From the IMG/VR virus record IMGVR_UViG_3300032243_001444, positions 1 to 40,649 of that record: a DNA stretch of 40,649 nt. One strand, given 5' to 3'. The DNA comes from a virus (Duplodnaviria > Caudoviricetes). Below the pieces are notes generated by a model. That model had not been told where the DNA came from. It was given only the letters and a program-made list of their open reading frames with translations, and did no database searches. This document shows, one piece after another, positions 27,601 to 36,324 of the stretch; positions within the stretch are counted from its first letter, which is position 1; each line of letters starts with the position of its first letter. The translations under genes were made by a program, and so were the position numbers.

Positions 27601-29386
27601 GACCAATAGAATATTGGTTTTTTGTTGTTACGTCAACTGCATGTTTATAAAGATCCAAAAGCGTTATAGGAATCTTCTTGATTCCTTCATACTGTCCCTT
27701 TGGTTCGCTTTGAGGAATATTATTAAGCGTTGGTTCAAATGTAGCTGAGGGTTTTAATATATCTGCAGACTTTACGTCAAAGAACTGCGTTTTTGGATCA
27801 AACGTATTAGAATCAATTATTACATTTGAATAAGCAGATAAAATTGTTGGGCTTGTTATTTGGTTTGAAGCTTTATCAATAACAACGTTGGCCAACAATT
27901 CATTACCATCCGGACTAACGCCGGGTGGATCATCTATGCCTGTCTTTCCTTTTTGTATACCACCGTGATTATCAACATTTAAAGTTGTATAAAAATTAGA
28001 ATATACATTTTTTACTTCAGGCGTTCCAGGAGAACCTGGAGCAAAAACTTTTCCTTCATTTTGCGATGAAGCGGGGGTTAATGTAGTAGGTACTCCGTTG
28101 GTAACTAAAGAAGAATAAACATAGTTCTCTGGTTTATTCGGTAGATTTGAAACTACGATAGGAAACTTGTTTTTGTAATTCTTTGTAATCGTTACAGGAA
28201 AATTTATTAATCTAGATAATTCTAAAGAGTCTTTTGATATTACATCGCCTGGTTGGCCTGCATATTTACCAGATACTTTGACGACATGAATTTGTGGAAA
28301 AAACTTAGATGGTAATGAACCTAAATCAATAAATGATACGTTAGAATTAAACGTATTTAAAGATATGACTTGATTTTGATATTTTAAAACTGTCGTCTGC
28401 GTATTTGCATCGATGCTGACTTCTTTTAATAATGAATTACCATCTGTCGCTTTTTCAGGCGACAATCCTTTTTTGATTTTATAGTCGCCGGCTGTTCCTT
28501 GAAACGAGGAAAAATCATTAGAAAAAGATGATGGTAAATTGCCTGCAAAGACTTTTAAATTTTGATTGTTTGATAACGTTAATGGAGACGGATATCCCTC
28601 TGTGGTTGTTGAAACCGGAATGATCGCGGAGTTTTCATCAGGTAAAATTACTGGATATGCATTTTTTGTCGTTAATGTTTGAGGTGTTCTGACGACTGAC
28701 TCTAGGTTTAAGCTAAGATCTGACGCATTAACCGCCTCTTCACTTGGCTTTTTTAATGTTAAAGAAGTGTAATTAACTTTCTTCGGATCAAATCCTGAAG
28801 ATGGCGATAGGATATCTTCAGCTGTGAATTTTGTACCTGGTGATCTATAATTTGGAACAAATGAATAAGTCTGATATTTGGAAACGACTGTTGCAATGGC
28901 TGGATCAACAGAAACACCAGGTAAAAGATCATTGCCGTCTTTTCCATCAGCTGAAGATAAACCCTTTTTTACTTTATCATTACCGGCGGCACCTTGAAGC
29001 GCAGAATAATCTTGTGAAAAAGATGATGGTAAATTGCCTGCAAATTTTGAAGAATTTGTGGTGGGACTCAAGGGGGCAGGATAACCATTTTCAACGATCT
29101 TTGAGGTCAATGAATCCGCTGTCGGGGCATCAATCGGGTATTTGTTAGGAATGTTTGTAGAACCTACCTCACCTTTGGTCGCCTTGCTAAGGTAAGTTCC
29201 TAATGTCAAACGTGTAGGTTTGCTGATGTCTTTGATTGTCTTATCAACAGTCATGTCACCGGGATCATATGTCGTCCCTACAGGATTAACTGGATTTGCA
29301 GGATCTTCTTCACCAGTGACGACGCTATAAACTTTGCCATCGACTGGATTAACAAACCCTTTGTTGCCTGTTTTGATCCCTGACAT
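24671..29386 (-). CDS. Large tail protein: N-terminal repeats, hydrophobic middle, C-terminal tube-initiator-like domain
   Basis: C-terminal YVPFYFQD...FHAFLSSLTDDY...GRVEPVKIYKGTSRKIGMSF...PLVRIRLGDL...GFIESMNFDW...P.MCKVTLSFSPIHD, typical of tube-fold proteins between the tape measure and LysM genes. Confidence 0.65.
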   Translation of the reverse strand: MSGIKTGNKGFVNPVDGKVYSVVTGEEDPANPVNPVGTTYDPGDMTVDKTIKDISKPTRLTLGTYLSKATKGEVGSTNIPNKYPIDAPTADSLTSKIVENGYPAPLSPTTNSSKFAGNLPSSFSQDYSALQGAAGNDKVKKGLSSADGKDGNDLLPGVSVDPAIATVVSKYQTYSFVPNYRSPGTKFTAEDILSPSSGFDPKKVNYTSLTLKKPSEEAVNASDLSLNLESVVRTPQTLTTKNAYPVILPDENSAIIPVSTTTEGYPSPLTLSNNQNLKVFAGNLPSSFSNDFSSFQGTAGDYKIKKGLSPEKATDGNSLLKEVSIDANTQTTVLKYQNQVISLNTFNSNVSFIDLGSLPSKFFPQIHVVKVSGKYAGQPGDVISKDSLELSRLINFPVTITKNYKNKFPIVVSNLPNKPENYVYSSLVTNGVPTTLTPASSQNEGKVFAPGSPGTPEVKNVYSNFYTTLNVDNHGGIQKGKTGIDDPPGVSPDGNELLANVVIDKASNQITSPTILSAYSNVIIDSNTFDPKTQFFDVKSADILKPSATFEPTLNNIPQSEPKGQYEGIKKIPITLLDLYKHAVDVTTKNQYSIGPVPENVSTILGANVVEQGFSTPPLSTTNTEIYVSREQIKPLSTDPSLTSQTSLANSSNFSKGKSDIAAPYNGQNLLKDISGNLSFDDKLKNSNGRLDFKTSGLDSSAYQPGGVIDGDQGIDEFGSATGNSIVDEFHPLNGYKTNNVGVLSIGNNRWAARARSRSTFNPTLKLADGTPVSHLRMAKIGTGLLQRAAGEIPAWTADKFNPTGNLAEAGAILPSVVQVGALKVDNAQLMARDVLDHLSEGEEDPASLINIARGFTSNDQSWGAAYSSTESYDEPGSAIGLSLTMIAMVLAINLLYSLFLIGENTRKSSRKIADGAKGSTESDQQAKGSYIFVQPNSNSFFDFMPDPNEVFGLRKTNNSYSECVGYGVRAFFLGSEKASISYGEMALALAGIGLDAIIGENSPLNANLVVCRTIVRSALVFAIAIDSIIRKFNTSGLAGAKSILGLLRVFRSSKLVSSLNVFATLGDSLLDREHSLIRTKDADGKTIEIAAVDSLPAANNKIVVNAPTGKAELQRDNNGVQQATVQKSRLSYKNNYDPTLAWSNQRAPSMYLVPPTVSGLNAIISPSVTFPGIAQSAQRTLPLSLDKRIPTELREAFEKLLDAEYVPFYFQDVRTNEIISFHAFLSSLTDDYTSSYDSVDGFGRVEPVKIYKGTSRKIGMSFFVASTSEADFKQMWYKINKLLTLIYPQYTEGRDLIQPSQDGKTNFQFKAPFSQMIGASPLVRIRLGDLLRSNYSNSAIARLFGASDGNMKIPKDVNDTKGQYAAINANDLKEPDFKITSDTLPGTFLVVTNDMLGPIKDQELLRIELDIDKKDVVENKKFVAEIAPKNSLLNIGENDCLVRIKYEKTSKYVDLYFKSAALQMTEEQKAIERNRLGHSNPTEALTAFLDPNNNAIIKSFKSAGGKGLAGFIESMNFDWYNQTTWEIDPELGVAPKMCKVTLSFSPIHDISPGIDSHGYNRAPVYSVVKQ
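28521..29044. repeat. Exact 29-bp direct repeat marking a 165-codon internal duplication
   Basis: GAAAAAGATGATGGTAAATTGCCTGCAAA at 28521-28549 and 29016-29044 (encodes FAGNLPSSFS); spacing 495 bp. Confidence 0.9.
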
Positions 29387-29392
29387 CTATTC

Positions 29393-29671
29393 CTACTTTT
29401 CTTTTTTTTCTGGCGCGATAGGAGAGCCATCGCTTTCTTTAATTATGCCGACGCCGGTTTTCAAAGCCTCAGTAACTTCTTTTGCAATGTTTGGATCTCC
29501 TTTTGCATTTGAAGCCATCAAAGAAAAAGCTTCGAACATCGAACTCATGACTGTTTCAACGGTATTAATGATGCGTTGGCGCTCATCAGAAGGTGCAGCC
29601 TTCAACAAAGATTGATAATCCTTATCAGAACGTAACTTCTTAAAATATTCTTCTTTTGTAGGGATCTTCAT
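29393..29671 (-). CDS. Hypothetical protein in tail module
   Basis: 92-aa ORF tightly packed between the tape measure and the large tail gene. Confidence 0.7.
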   Translation of the reverse strand: MKIPTKEEYFKKLRSDKDYQSLLKAAPSDERQRIINTVETVMSSMFEAFSLMASNAKGDPNIAKEVTEALKTGVGIIKESDGSPIAPEKKEK

Positions 29672-29688
29672 AAGATTAACATTAAGCT

Positions 29689-32600
29689 TTATTTGCTACT
29701 AACACCAGTTAAACCAGGTCCGACTCCTTGGATTTGGCCTTTACCGGTTTCCACAGCGCCGAAGGCTTTGACAATAACTGAATCAGATCGACCGACAACG
29801 GTCTTTTCCAAAGATTTACCATCGACATTAATGTCAATCTTAAACTGGAAGTTGAGAGGGCCGCGGGAGAGATTGTATTCCGCATCACGAACTCCCAATG
29901 CATTTGCCGTGGCGCCGAGTTTGACTTTGATAGTATCTTGACCTTGCGCAAGTTGAGCCAACGCGGTATTAAATTCCTTGATAGCATTTGCCATGGCTTC
30001 TACTTGGTTTTTTATGGTTTGCGCTGAAGCGGTTATATTGGCATTTCCGTTAGCGGTAATTGTGGGAGATATCTTTGATAATACAGATGCAATTTCAGTT
30101 GAATTAGTTTGAATACCTCTTGCATTAACAAGCATTGCATCTAAAGACGCTTTTGTTTCTTTTACTCCTATGCCGCTAAAAACAGAACCAACTTTAGTCA
30201 CAATATCCTTCATAGGTTGAGTCAAATCGTCAAGCTTCTTTAACGCCGGTTTCATGTCAGGGATATCAAGCTTTTCAAAAGAAGTCTTTATTTCTGACAT
30301 TACCGTCTTTATTGAATCAGCAGTGCCTTTTACGGAAGTTCCGCTACCAAGAACTTGTTTAATTTCGGCCAAAGACGTAACAACACCCTTAACTGTGTTA
30401 ACGAATGTATTGATACGATTTAACCCCGCTAATCCTTCCGCAAACTTTGTCTGTGTTGTTGCATCCATTATGACGAATTCAAACTTTGCTAAACTTTCTC
30501 TAACTTTTTTCACCTGTTCGTTAAAGTCTGTCTCTTTGCCTAAAATGTTGGTACTGATTTCTTTTACTTTCTTTATTCTTTCTTCCACATTGTCTAATGT
30601 TGTCGCACCGATTTCATTAGCAGACTGTTCAAGCAATCGTTTGCCTTCTTCTTGCAGTTCTGTCGCCTTTTCTTGTTCAGCTTTAGTCGTCATGTTTGAA
30701 ACTTCTACTATCGCCGCAAGACCGCTTTCATTCCCGCCGGTTGCTTTTTCAGCTAATTCATTAAACAATCTTTTGTGTGTATCAGTTGTACCTTGTGATT
30801 TAATAAATTCGTCTAAAGATTTAAACTTATCTTCTTGGAGCGTGTCACCAATTGATTTGTATTTTTCAGCATTTTCGCGTTGTGCATCTTGAAGTCCTGC
30901 TATTATTTGAGCGTATTCAGAATTGCCACGTTTGTCCCAAATTCGTTCTATTTGTTTTTGTAAATCTTGGTTTGTTGATCGAAGATCTTGTTGTTCCCCT
31001 AGTTTAGCCATGTACTCGGAAGTCGTTTTTTTGGCGGCATCACCACCGCCTAACGAATCCACAAGTTTTCTAGACGCTTCTATTTGATCATCTTGTATTT
31101 TATTGATCCACTTATTGTTTTGTTTTTCACTTTCATCTTGTAAATTCTGAATGTCCTCTTTTAATTCGTTGATGCCACCGGCCTTATCCGCCTCCGCGGC
31201 ATAATATAATTCCAAAGCTTCGCCGTGGGAATCTTTTGAGTACGTTGATTTAAGCAATCCAACAAGGCTCTGGTGTTTAAACTTTTCCCAACCAGAACCT
31301 TTCATATATGCGTCAATGTCATCAATTCCAGCCTCGGCCGCCGCGGCTTCGGCGCGTTGTCTTAGCTCTTTTCCCCTCTTTTCTCTAGTTTGAGATGAGC
31401 TACCTTTTCCGGGAGCGCTACCTTTTCCGAGAGCTTTATCAGCCTCGTCTGTCATTTGTTTTATGCTATCTAGACGAGCTTGAGCTTCTTTTAATTGTTC
31501 GCTTGTGCCGAGGAGTGCATCAAATATGCCGGTACCTCTTTCTTTTTCTCTCTTATCCAGGTATTCTTTGTTGGCATCCTCAAGCATTTTTTTAGCTTCT
31601 GCTATCTTTTGTTTATCGCCTGAGGCCATCGCTTCACGAAAATTACTTGCTACATTTTTTTCAAACGATTCAGCCTCTTTTTTCTTATCGGCATATGACA
31701 TCATTCTATTGACGCCTGCTTGCCAAATAACAAAGGCTGCGACCAGGCCTGCGGCGATGCCTGCCGTGACAGCACCACCAATACCAGTAGTCAACGTAGA
31801 AAACATCTTTGAAAATGCGCCGCCGCCGGTGGCGACTTCCGATGCACCTTTTGCAGCGCCTTCAGTAATTCCTGCACCAAATTGATCGACCAAAGCTTTT
31901 TTTAATGTGCTTTGCAACATTTTTTCCATTGCACCTTTGGCATACCATTGCATGAATGCTTGGCCGAGACCAGAAACCATTGCAGGCCCACCAAAAAACA
32001 GTAATATTTTACCCCAGTGGTTACCCCAAAATTCCAATGCTTTATCTTCAAGGTAATCGAATGCTAGATTAAATAACCTTTTGAAAGCAGGCATGACTTT
32101 TCCAGCTGCATTTTTAAAAGCTGAAACAATAGGACCAGTTTCTGATTGAATCTTTTTTGTAATGCCATTTAATTGATCGCCTTTCTCAAAAAAATCAACG
32201 ATCATGTTAAACCCGTCTGCTAACGTATCTCCGATCCATGTGATCGCACTAGCAATTATCTTTTTTGCAGCACCCCAAAACTCCGTAAGACCATCAAGCA
32301 TCTGTTGGCCACCAGGGCCAGCTTTCGTTAGATAATTTTTAAAATCGCCTATCAAAGAATCAATTAATCCTTTTATGCTTACATCACCTTTCATGTTTTT
32401 GAAAAAGTTTGTAAAAGTATTTTTAAATGATTCAAATAATTTACCAAGTTTATCTGGGCTTAGTATATCACTAAATCCTTCAAGAAACTTTTTAACACCT
32501 GGAAAATATTCAACGAAGGCTCGACCCAATTGCCGACCTTGTTCCATAATGACAACGAAATCCATTTTAAGATTTGCAATGATCTTTCTGAATTCTTTGG

Positions 32601-34104
32601 TCGTCGTAATTCCTTGCAAGAATCCTTCAAAGAACATTCCCATTAAGGAATTGGATTCTGGTCCGCCGCCGCCACCACCACCAACTACTCTTTCAATATC
32701 ATTTTTTAAAGCCTTCGTCGCTTCAGACGCAGTCATTGACTTTTTTGACAAATTGTCTGTCGTCTTTGCAAGATGATTCATCGATATCGCTTGATTCTTT
32801 GAAGATAAGCCTTGACGAACAGCTTCTTCAGACATACCCACAGTCGAAGCGATGAGTTGTAATTCTTGTCGATTCATGTTTTCGACAGATTTGCCTGCCG
32901 AAGTAAAGGAATCTTTCAACATCTTTAAGGCATCATCAGGCGTCTTTGCTTCGACTAACTTCATTACGTCGATGTTGACACCGAAAGCTTGCGAAAGTTT
33001 TGAAACGTTCTCAGCAGCTTGATCGAACGTATTAAATGCATCAAGAATGCCTGTGATGTCTTTTAATTCTAATCCCAAGCTGTGTGCATATGCTGTCGCT
33101 TTAGCAATTTCTTTTACAGTCGAATTAGCAAAATGTTTTACATCCTTTATGGCTTTCGACATGTCTCTAGACATTAACTTGGAGTTAAGACCAAATTCCG
33201 CAGATAATCCTTTAGCAAATTTGGTCATGTCAACTTCAAGCTGTTCGACCGTCGTACCTGTAGCTTTTGCAGCACTCATAAGGCCGCTAAACTCTTCTTC
33301 GCTAACGCCTAATCCCTTAGCCATAATGAAGACGTTCTTACCCGTCTTTTCAAATTCTGACTTAAGACTGCTAAACAAAACGGGGGCAGGACCAGCTAAC
33401 TTCATGACATATTCAATTGAATCAGCCAATGTTCCGAACTGTCTAGACGTCTTCATGAGACCAGGAGCCATATCACCCCAGGAAGCTAATCCCTTGGCAA
33501 TGTCTATGACTTCTTTGGCTGTTCCTTGTTTTATATCACCAAATGTTTCTCTGACTTTTTCAAGAGCTTCTAGTAATCCTCCACCACCACCGCCACCACC
33601 TTTGGCCATGCCAATAATTTCTTCCCAAACTTTAAAAGGAAATGATAGAACCGCAGCGGCAAGATCCATTAATCCGTCAATGATCCCTGTAATACCTCCA
33701 AGAAAAGATTTTGCAAGATTTAAGGAAAGTTTAAATCCTGAAGCCATTCCTTTTAATCCAGCACCAAGAGCTAGCAACGCTTTAGCGCCGGTGCTTCCGT
33801 CTTTAGCCATTTTCTTAAGAACAGTAGAAAAAACTTTTCCAGCGTCTGATAAAGACTCAACATCATCGATCGCTTTTTGAACACCTTCACGCCACTTTTC
33901 ATTCTCTCTATTAGCTTTTTGCAAAGCTGAACTGGCAGCATCTGCGGCTTCGCCAATTTCGTTCACTGCATTAGCTTGTGTGCTAGCAGCAGCTGCGGCG
34001 GCATTAAAGGCAGCAGTCTGTGCAGTAATCGCAGCAGTCAATTGCTGCATCATCTTAGCTTGCTGACTAATTTCATCCGATGATGGGCCTTGAGGATTTG
34101 CCAT
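29689..34104 (-). CDS. Tail tape measure protein
   Basis: 1471 aa, Ala/Lys/Glu-rich and helical, with hydrophobic Gly/Ala segments. Located after the tube and chaperone genes. GAGG RBS. Confidence 0.82.
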   Translation of the reverse strand: MANPQGPSSDEISQQAKMMQQLTAAITAQTAAFNAAAAAASTQANAVNEIGEAADAASSALQKANRENEKWREGVQKAIDDVESLSDAGKVFSTVLKKMAKDGSTGAKALLALGAGLKGMASGFKLSLNLAKSFLGGITGIIDGLMDLAAAVLSFPFKVWEEIIGMAKGGGGGGGGLLEALEKVRETFGDIKQGTAKEVIDIAKGLASWGDMAPGLMKTSRQFGTLADSIEYVMKLAGPAPVLFSSLKSEFEKTGKNVFIMAKGLGVSEEEFSGLMSAAKATGTTVEQLEVDMTKFAKGLSAEFGLNSKLMSRDMSKAIKDVKHFANSTVKEIAKATAYAHSLGLELKDITGILDAFNTFDQAAENVSKLSQAFGVNIDVMKLVEAKTPDDALKMLKDSFTSAGKSVENMNRQELQLIASTVGMSEEAVRQGLSSKNQAISMNHLAKTTDNLSKKSMTASEATKALKNDIERVVGGGGGGGPESNSLMGMFFEGFLQGITTTKEFRKIIANLKMDFVVIMEQGRQLGRAFVEYFPGVKKFLEGFSDILSPDKLGKLFESFKNTFTNFFKNMKGDVSIKGLIDSLIGDFKNYLTKAGPGGQQMLDGLTEFWGAAKKIIASAITWIGDTLADGFNMIVDFFEKGDQLNGITKKIQSETGPIVSAFKNAAGKVMPAFKRLFNLAFDYLEDKALEFWGNHWGKILLFFGGPAMVSGLGQAFMQWYAKGAMEKMLQSTLKKALVDQFGAGITEGAAKGASEVATGGGAFSKMFSTLTTGIGGAVTAGIAAGLVAAFVIWQAGVNRMMSYADKKKEAESFEKNVASNFREAMASGDKQKIAEAKKMLEDANKEYLDKREKERGTGIFDALLGTSEQLKEAQARLDSIKQMTDEADKALGKGSAPGKGSSSQTREKRGKELRQRAEAAAAEAGIDDIDAYMKGSGWEKFKHQSLVGLLKSTYSKDSHGEALELYYAAEADKAGGINELKEDIQNLQDESEKQNNKWINKIQDDQIEASRKLVDSLGGGDAAKKTTSEYMAKLGEQQDLRSTNQDLQKQIERIWDKRGNSEYAQIIAGLQDAQRENAEKYKSIGDTLQEDKFKSLDEFIKSQGTTDTHKRLFNELAEKATGGNESGLAAIVEVSNMTTKAEQEKATELQEEGKRLLEQSANEIGATTLDNVEERIKKVKEISTNILGKETDFNEQVKKVRESLAKFEFVIMDATTQTKFAEGLAGLNRINTFVNTVKGVVTSLAEIKQVLGSGTSVKGTADSIKTVMSEIKTSFEKLDIPDMKPALKKLDDLTQPMKDIVTKVGSVFSGIGVKETKASLDAMLVNARGIQTNSTEIASVLSKISPTITANGNANITASAQTIKNQVEAMANAIKEFNTALAQLAQGQDTIKVKLGATANALGVRDAEYNLSRGPLNFQFKIDINVDGKSLEKTVVGRSDSVIVKAFGAVETGKGQIQGVGPGLTGVSSK

Positions 34105-34112
34105 ACATTACC

Positions 34113-34400
34113 TCATAAAGGCCAAGATACGCCTAATTCTTTTTCGAAAGTCTTAGCAGCTTGAAGTTTAGCTTCAAGTTTTTTAGAGATTGATTCTAAT
34201 GACGCATCAGATTTTGAAAGCTCATCTTGAAAGTCTTTAGATGCTACCATCGCGGCACGAATAGCGTCTAACTGTGAATCCGTACCTTTTAATTGTAAGT
34301 TTTCTATTTCTTTTCCAGATAACCACAAAGCGATGGAAGAAAAAAGTTTCTTTCCTAGAGATCCTAACTCATTTGATGCATCATTACGTGCTTGTGCCAT
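34113..34400 (-). CDS. Hypothetical protein upstream of the tape measure gene
   Basis: Start moved to ATG 34400 (MAQARNDAS...); ends GVSWPL. Confidence 0.65.
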   Translation of the reverse strand: MAQARNDASNELGSLGKKLFSSIALWLSGKEIENLQLKGTDSQLDAIRAAMVASKDFQDELSKSDASLESISKKLEAKLQAAKTFEKELGVSWPL

Positions 34401-34442
34401 GCATATATTTAGTAAGATTTTAAAAAAACATCCAAACAATAG

Positions 34443-34727
34443 CTATGTAAATCTGCGAAGCCTGGAGGGTGATTCTGCTCTATTCATTCCCAACAAAGCC
34501 CTAGAGTCAGCTGGGTTATGATGCAAAGCTCTAGAGGTTTGTTGTCCTTCTTCTTGACCTCTAGATAATTCTTTGTTAATTCGTTGGATGAACCATCTTT
34601 TATATGCTACGGGAAGACAATAAGCCTCTCTAAATGTAAATCCGCAATAATACATCAATATAAAAGATGGTTCTAGAATTAGTGCTTCTTTATCTTCCGA
34701 CCGAAGGCCAAAGAAACGAGACTCCAA
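34443..34727 (-). CDS. Tail assembly chaperone C-terminal extension (probably made by +1 frameshift)
   Basis: FFGL...FILMYYCGFTFREAYCLPVAYKRWFIQRI resembles the 'T'-type chaperone half. Only a weak TTG start; overlaps the end of the upstream gene. Confidence 0.65.
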   Translation of the reverse strand: MESRFFGLRSEDKEALILEPSFILMYYCGFTFREAYCLPVAYKRWFIQRINKELSRGQEEGQQTSRALHHNPADSRALLGMNRAESPSRLRRFT

Positions 34728-35568
34728 GTGGCATATTCACCTCCTCGGAATGACCGCAAGATGGACATGTTGTGTCTTGCTTCATCGTCAATCCGGGCTC
34801 ATTATCTCTAATGTAGCTTCGCAAAGCAAGAGAATCGCGAGCTGGCATCATCTTAACAAAGTTAGAAATCTTAAATCTATCTTCAACGCCATCGACGGAA
34901 ACAATCGCCTGGTGTAGCGATGTCGTGACTGTCGACTCGGTGCTTATTCCCATCTTTTTCTGCTTCTCTTGAGTAATATTCTGTTCTTCTTCATCACGAC
35001 CAGTAGAGAACTTAAATTGAACTCTCTTCTTCGTATGAGGAAGCACAAACTCAAAAAGATTTGCACCTTCGACAACTGGGTCTAATTCAAGCCGCTTAAT
35101 AGGTAATTCTGTTAGATTGAAAGTTCTCTCAGACTTAGCATCACATTCAGAACATTGAATCTCTGCGGTATAATCTGGTCCATACCCAGTAATACGGACG
35201 GCAACCATCAATGCATTTCTATCACCTAATAGAAGATCAGAGATGTTAACGGAACGATCTACAATACATGACTTTATAAGCTCATTAATTACCGTGCCTT
35301 TTTTAATCAAAGCACGAGAAGTTAGAATGTCTTCCTCTCTAGCTGTCATAGGACGAATTTCAATCGTCTCTTTATTGTGTAATGGAGAACTAGGGGGATA
35401 AACTTTGCCTGCTGAAGGAATAGGAACCAACTCGCTAGGAATGTCTAAACCGAAATCAGCCTTTAATTTGTCAGCTGAAGACACAGATGGCATACGAGGA
35501 TCAACTCCAGGTGGAGTGTTTGTAGCTGTAAAAACAGAATTCTTATTTTCTCTCTGGTCTGATGACAT
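34690..35568 (-). CDS. Tail/baseplate assembly chaperone (T4 gp26-like)
   Basis: PIPSAGKVYP, IRPMTAREEDIL, LLLGDRNALMVAVRITGYG, CSEC and CPSC, ends SFLWP. Directly after the tube gene; AGGAG RBS. Confidence 0.8.
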   Translation of the reverse strand: MSSDQRENKNSVFTATNTPPGVDPRMPSVSSADKLKADFGLDIPSELVPIPSAGKVYPPSSPLHNKETIEIRPMTAREEDILTSRALIKKGTVINELIKSCIVDRSVNISDLLLGDRNALMVAVRITGYGPDYTAEIQCSECDAKSERTFNLTELPIKRLELDPVVEGANLFEFVLPHTKKRVQFKFSTGRDEEEQNITQEKQKKMGISTESTVTTSLHQAIVSVDGVEDRFKISNFVKMMPARDSLALRSYIRDNEPGLTMKQDTTCPSCGHSEEVNMPLGVSFLWPSVGR

Positions 35569-35589
35569 ATATCTCCTAAAGATTTGCTA

Positions 35590-35618
35590 CATTATGTAAT
35601 CATTCTAAATGATTGTAA
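35590..35618 (-). promoter_or_regulatory. Sigma70-like promoter for the chaperone gene
   Basis: TTTACA-N17-CATAAT on the minus strand. Overlaps the inverted repeat AATCATT-cta-AATGATT (35598-35614). Confidence 0.45.
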
Positions 35619-35650
35619 ATCAAATAATGATAAAAAGTCACTAAGAAACT

Positions 35651-35683
35651 AAAAACCTCCGCAGCTTTGCCACGGAGGTTTTT
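35651..35683 (-). terminator. Rho-independent terminator after the tail tube gene
   Basis: AAAAACCTCCG (35651-35661) / CGGAGGTTTTT (35673-35683). Confidence 0.82.
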
Positions 35684-35713
35684 ATACTTGGGGTTTTGAT
35701 AAAAGGCTTTTTG

Positions 35714-36202
35714 TCAGTATTGCAATACACAATTGTCATAACGAAGCGTTAGAGCAATTTCGACAGGACCACCATCTTCATATGTGACTTCATTAAAGTT
35801 TGCATCTGTGATGAATGCACCCTTGATGTCCCATAATTCGACGACTGTACCAACTGGATCAAGCATCTTTAACTGAATGTCACGCTTATAGAAGTCAGCA
35901 TAACCGGAACGGCCGGATACTGATTCAAAGTGTAGACGGATCCATTCCATGACCTGTTGTGCACCTGATGGAGCGATTGGGTCGTGGAGCGTGACGTTCA
36001 TTGTGCTGAAAGTTGTCTTTCCTGCAAGGTAACGACGGCTGTTAATGAATGGAACTTCAACTTCTTCTGTTGTGATTTGAGGACGAGCTGCTGTCTTAAG
36101 AATGTAAGCGTCGATACCTTCGATCATGAGCACCCAGCGGTTCTTACGCTTCGGCTCGAATTTATTTGGAATCATCGATGTAACGTCAAGTGTCTCAGCC
36201 AT
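35714..36202 (-). CDS. Tail tube protein (T4 gp19-like)
   Basis: FEPKRKNRW, ARP, LHDPIAPSGAQQVMEW, GYADFYKRDI...LDPVG.VVE.W...GAF, LTLRYD. AGGAG RBS. Confidence 0.9.
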   Translation of the reverse strand: MAETLDVTSMIPNKFEPKRKNRWVLMIEGIDAYILKTAARPQITTEEVEVPFINSRRYLAGKTTFSTMNVTLHDPIAPSGAQQVMEWIRLHFESVSGRSGYADFYKRDIQLKMLDPVGTVVELWDIKGAFITDANFNEVTYEDGGPVEIALTLRYDNCVLQY

Positions 36203-36234
36203 TGTAATTTTCTCCTGTGAAGGGTGAGTATTGA

Positions 36235-36241
36235 TAAATAT
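36235..36241 (-). promoter_or_regulatory. ATAnTTA putative phage late-promoter motif (representative copy, before the tube gene)
   Basis: Same motif at 2981-2987, 5509-5515, 7745-7751, 9929-9935, 10944-10950, 13589-13595 and 18968-18974, each within about 35 nt of a start codon. Confidence 0.6.
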
Positions 36242-36324
36242 TCCTATATGAAAAGTGAGATTCTTTTTTAATCAATTTTTTTCAACTTAAGAATATATTA
36301 TGAGTAAGGGAAGCGCAAGAATAG

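Noticed and set aside
30254-33880. Long plus-strand ORFs (212, 126, 133 and 277 aa) opposite the tape measure gene
   Set aside because: They are mirror frames produced by codon bias of the real gene, with no RBS or recognisable motifs.
4391-34445. Stop-codon reassignment, as in some large phages
   Set aside because: TAG (4391, 29393, 34443), TGA and TAA all end genes cleanly and conserved genes are unbroken under code 11.
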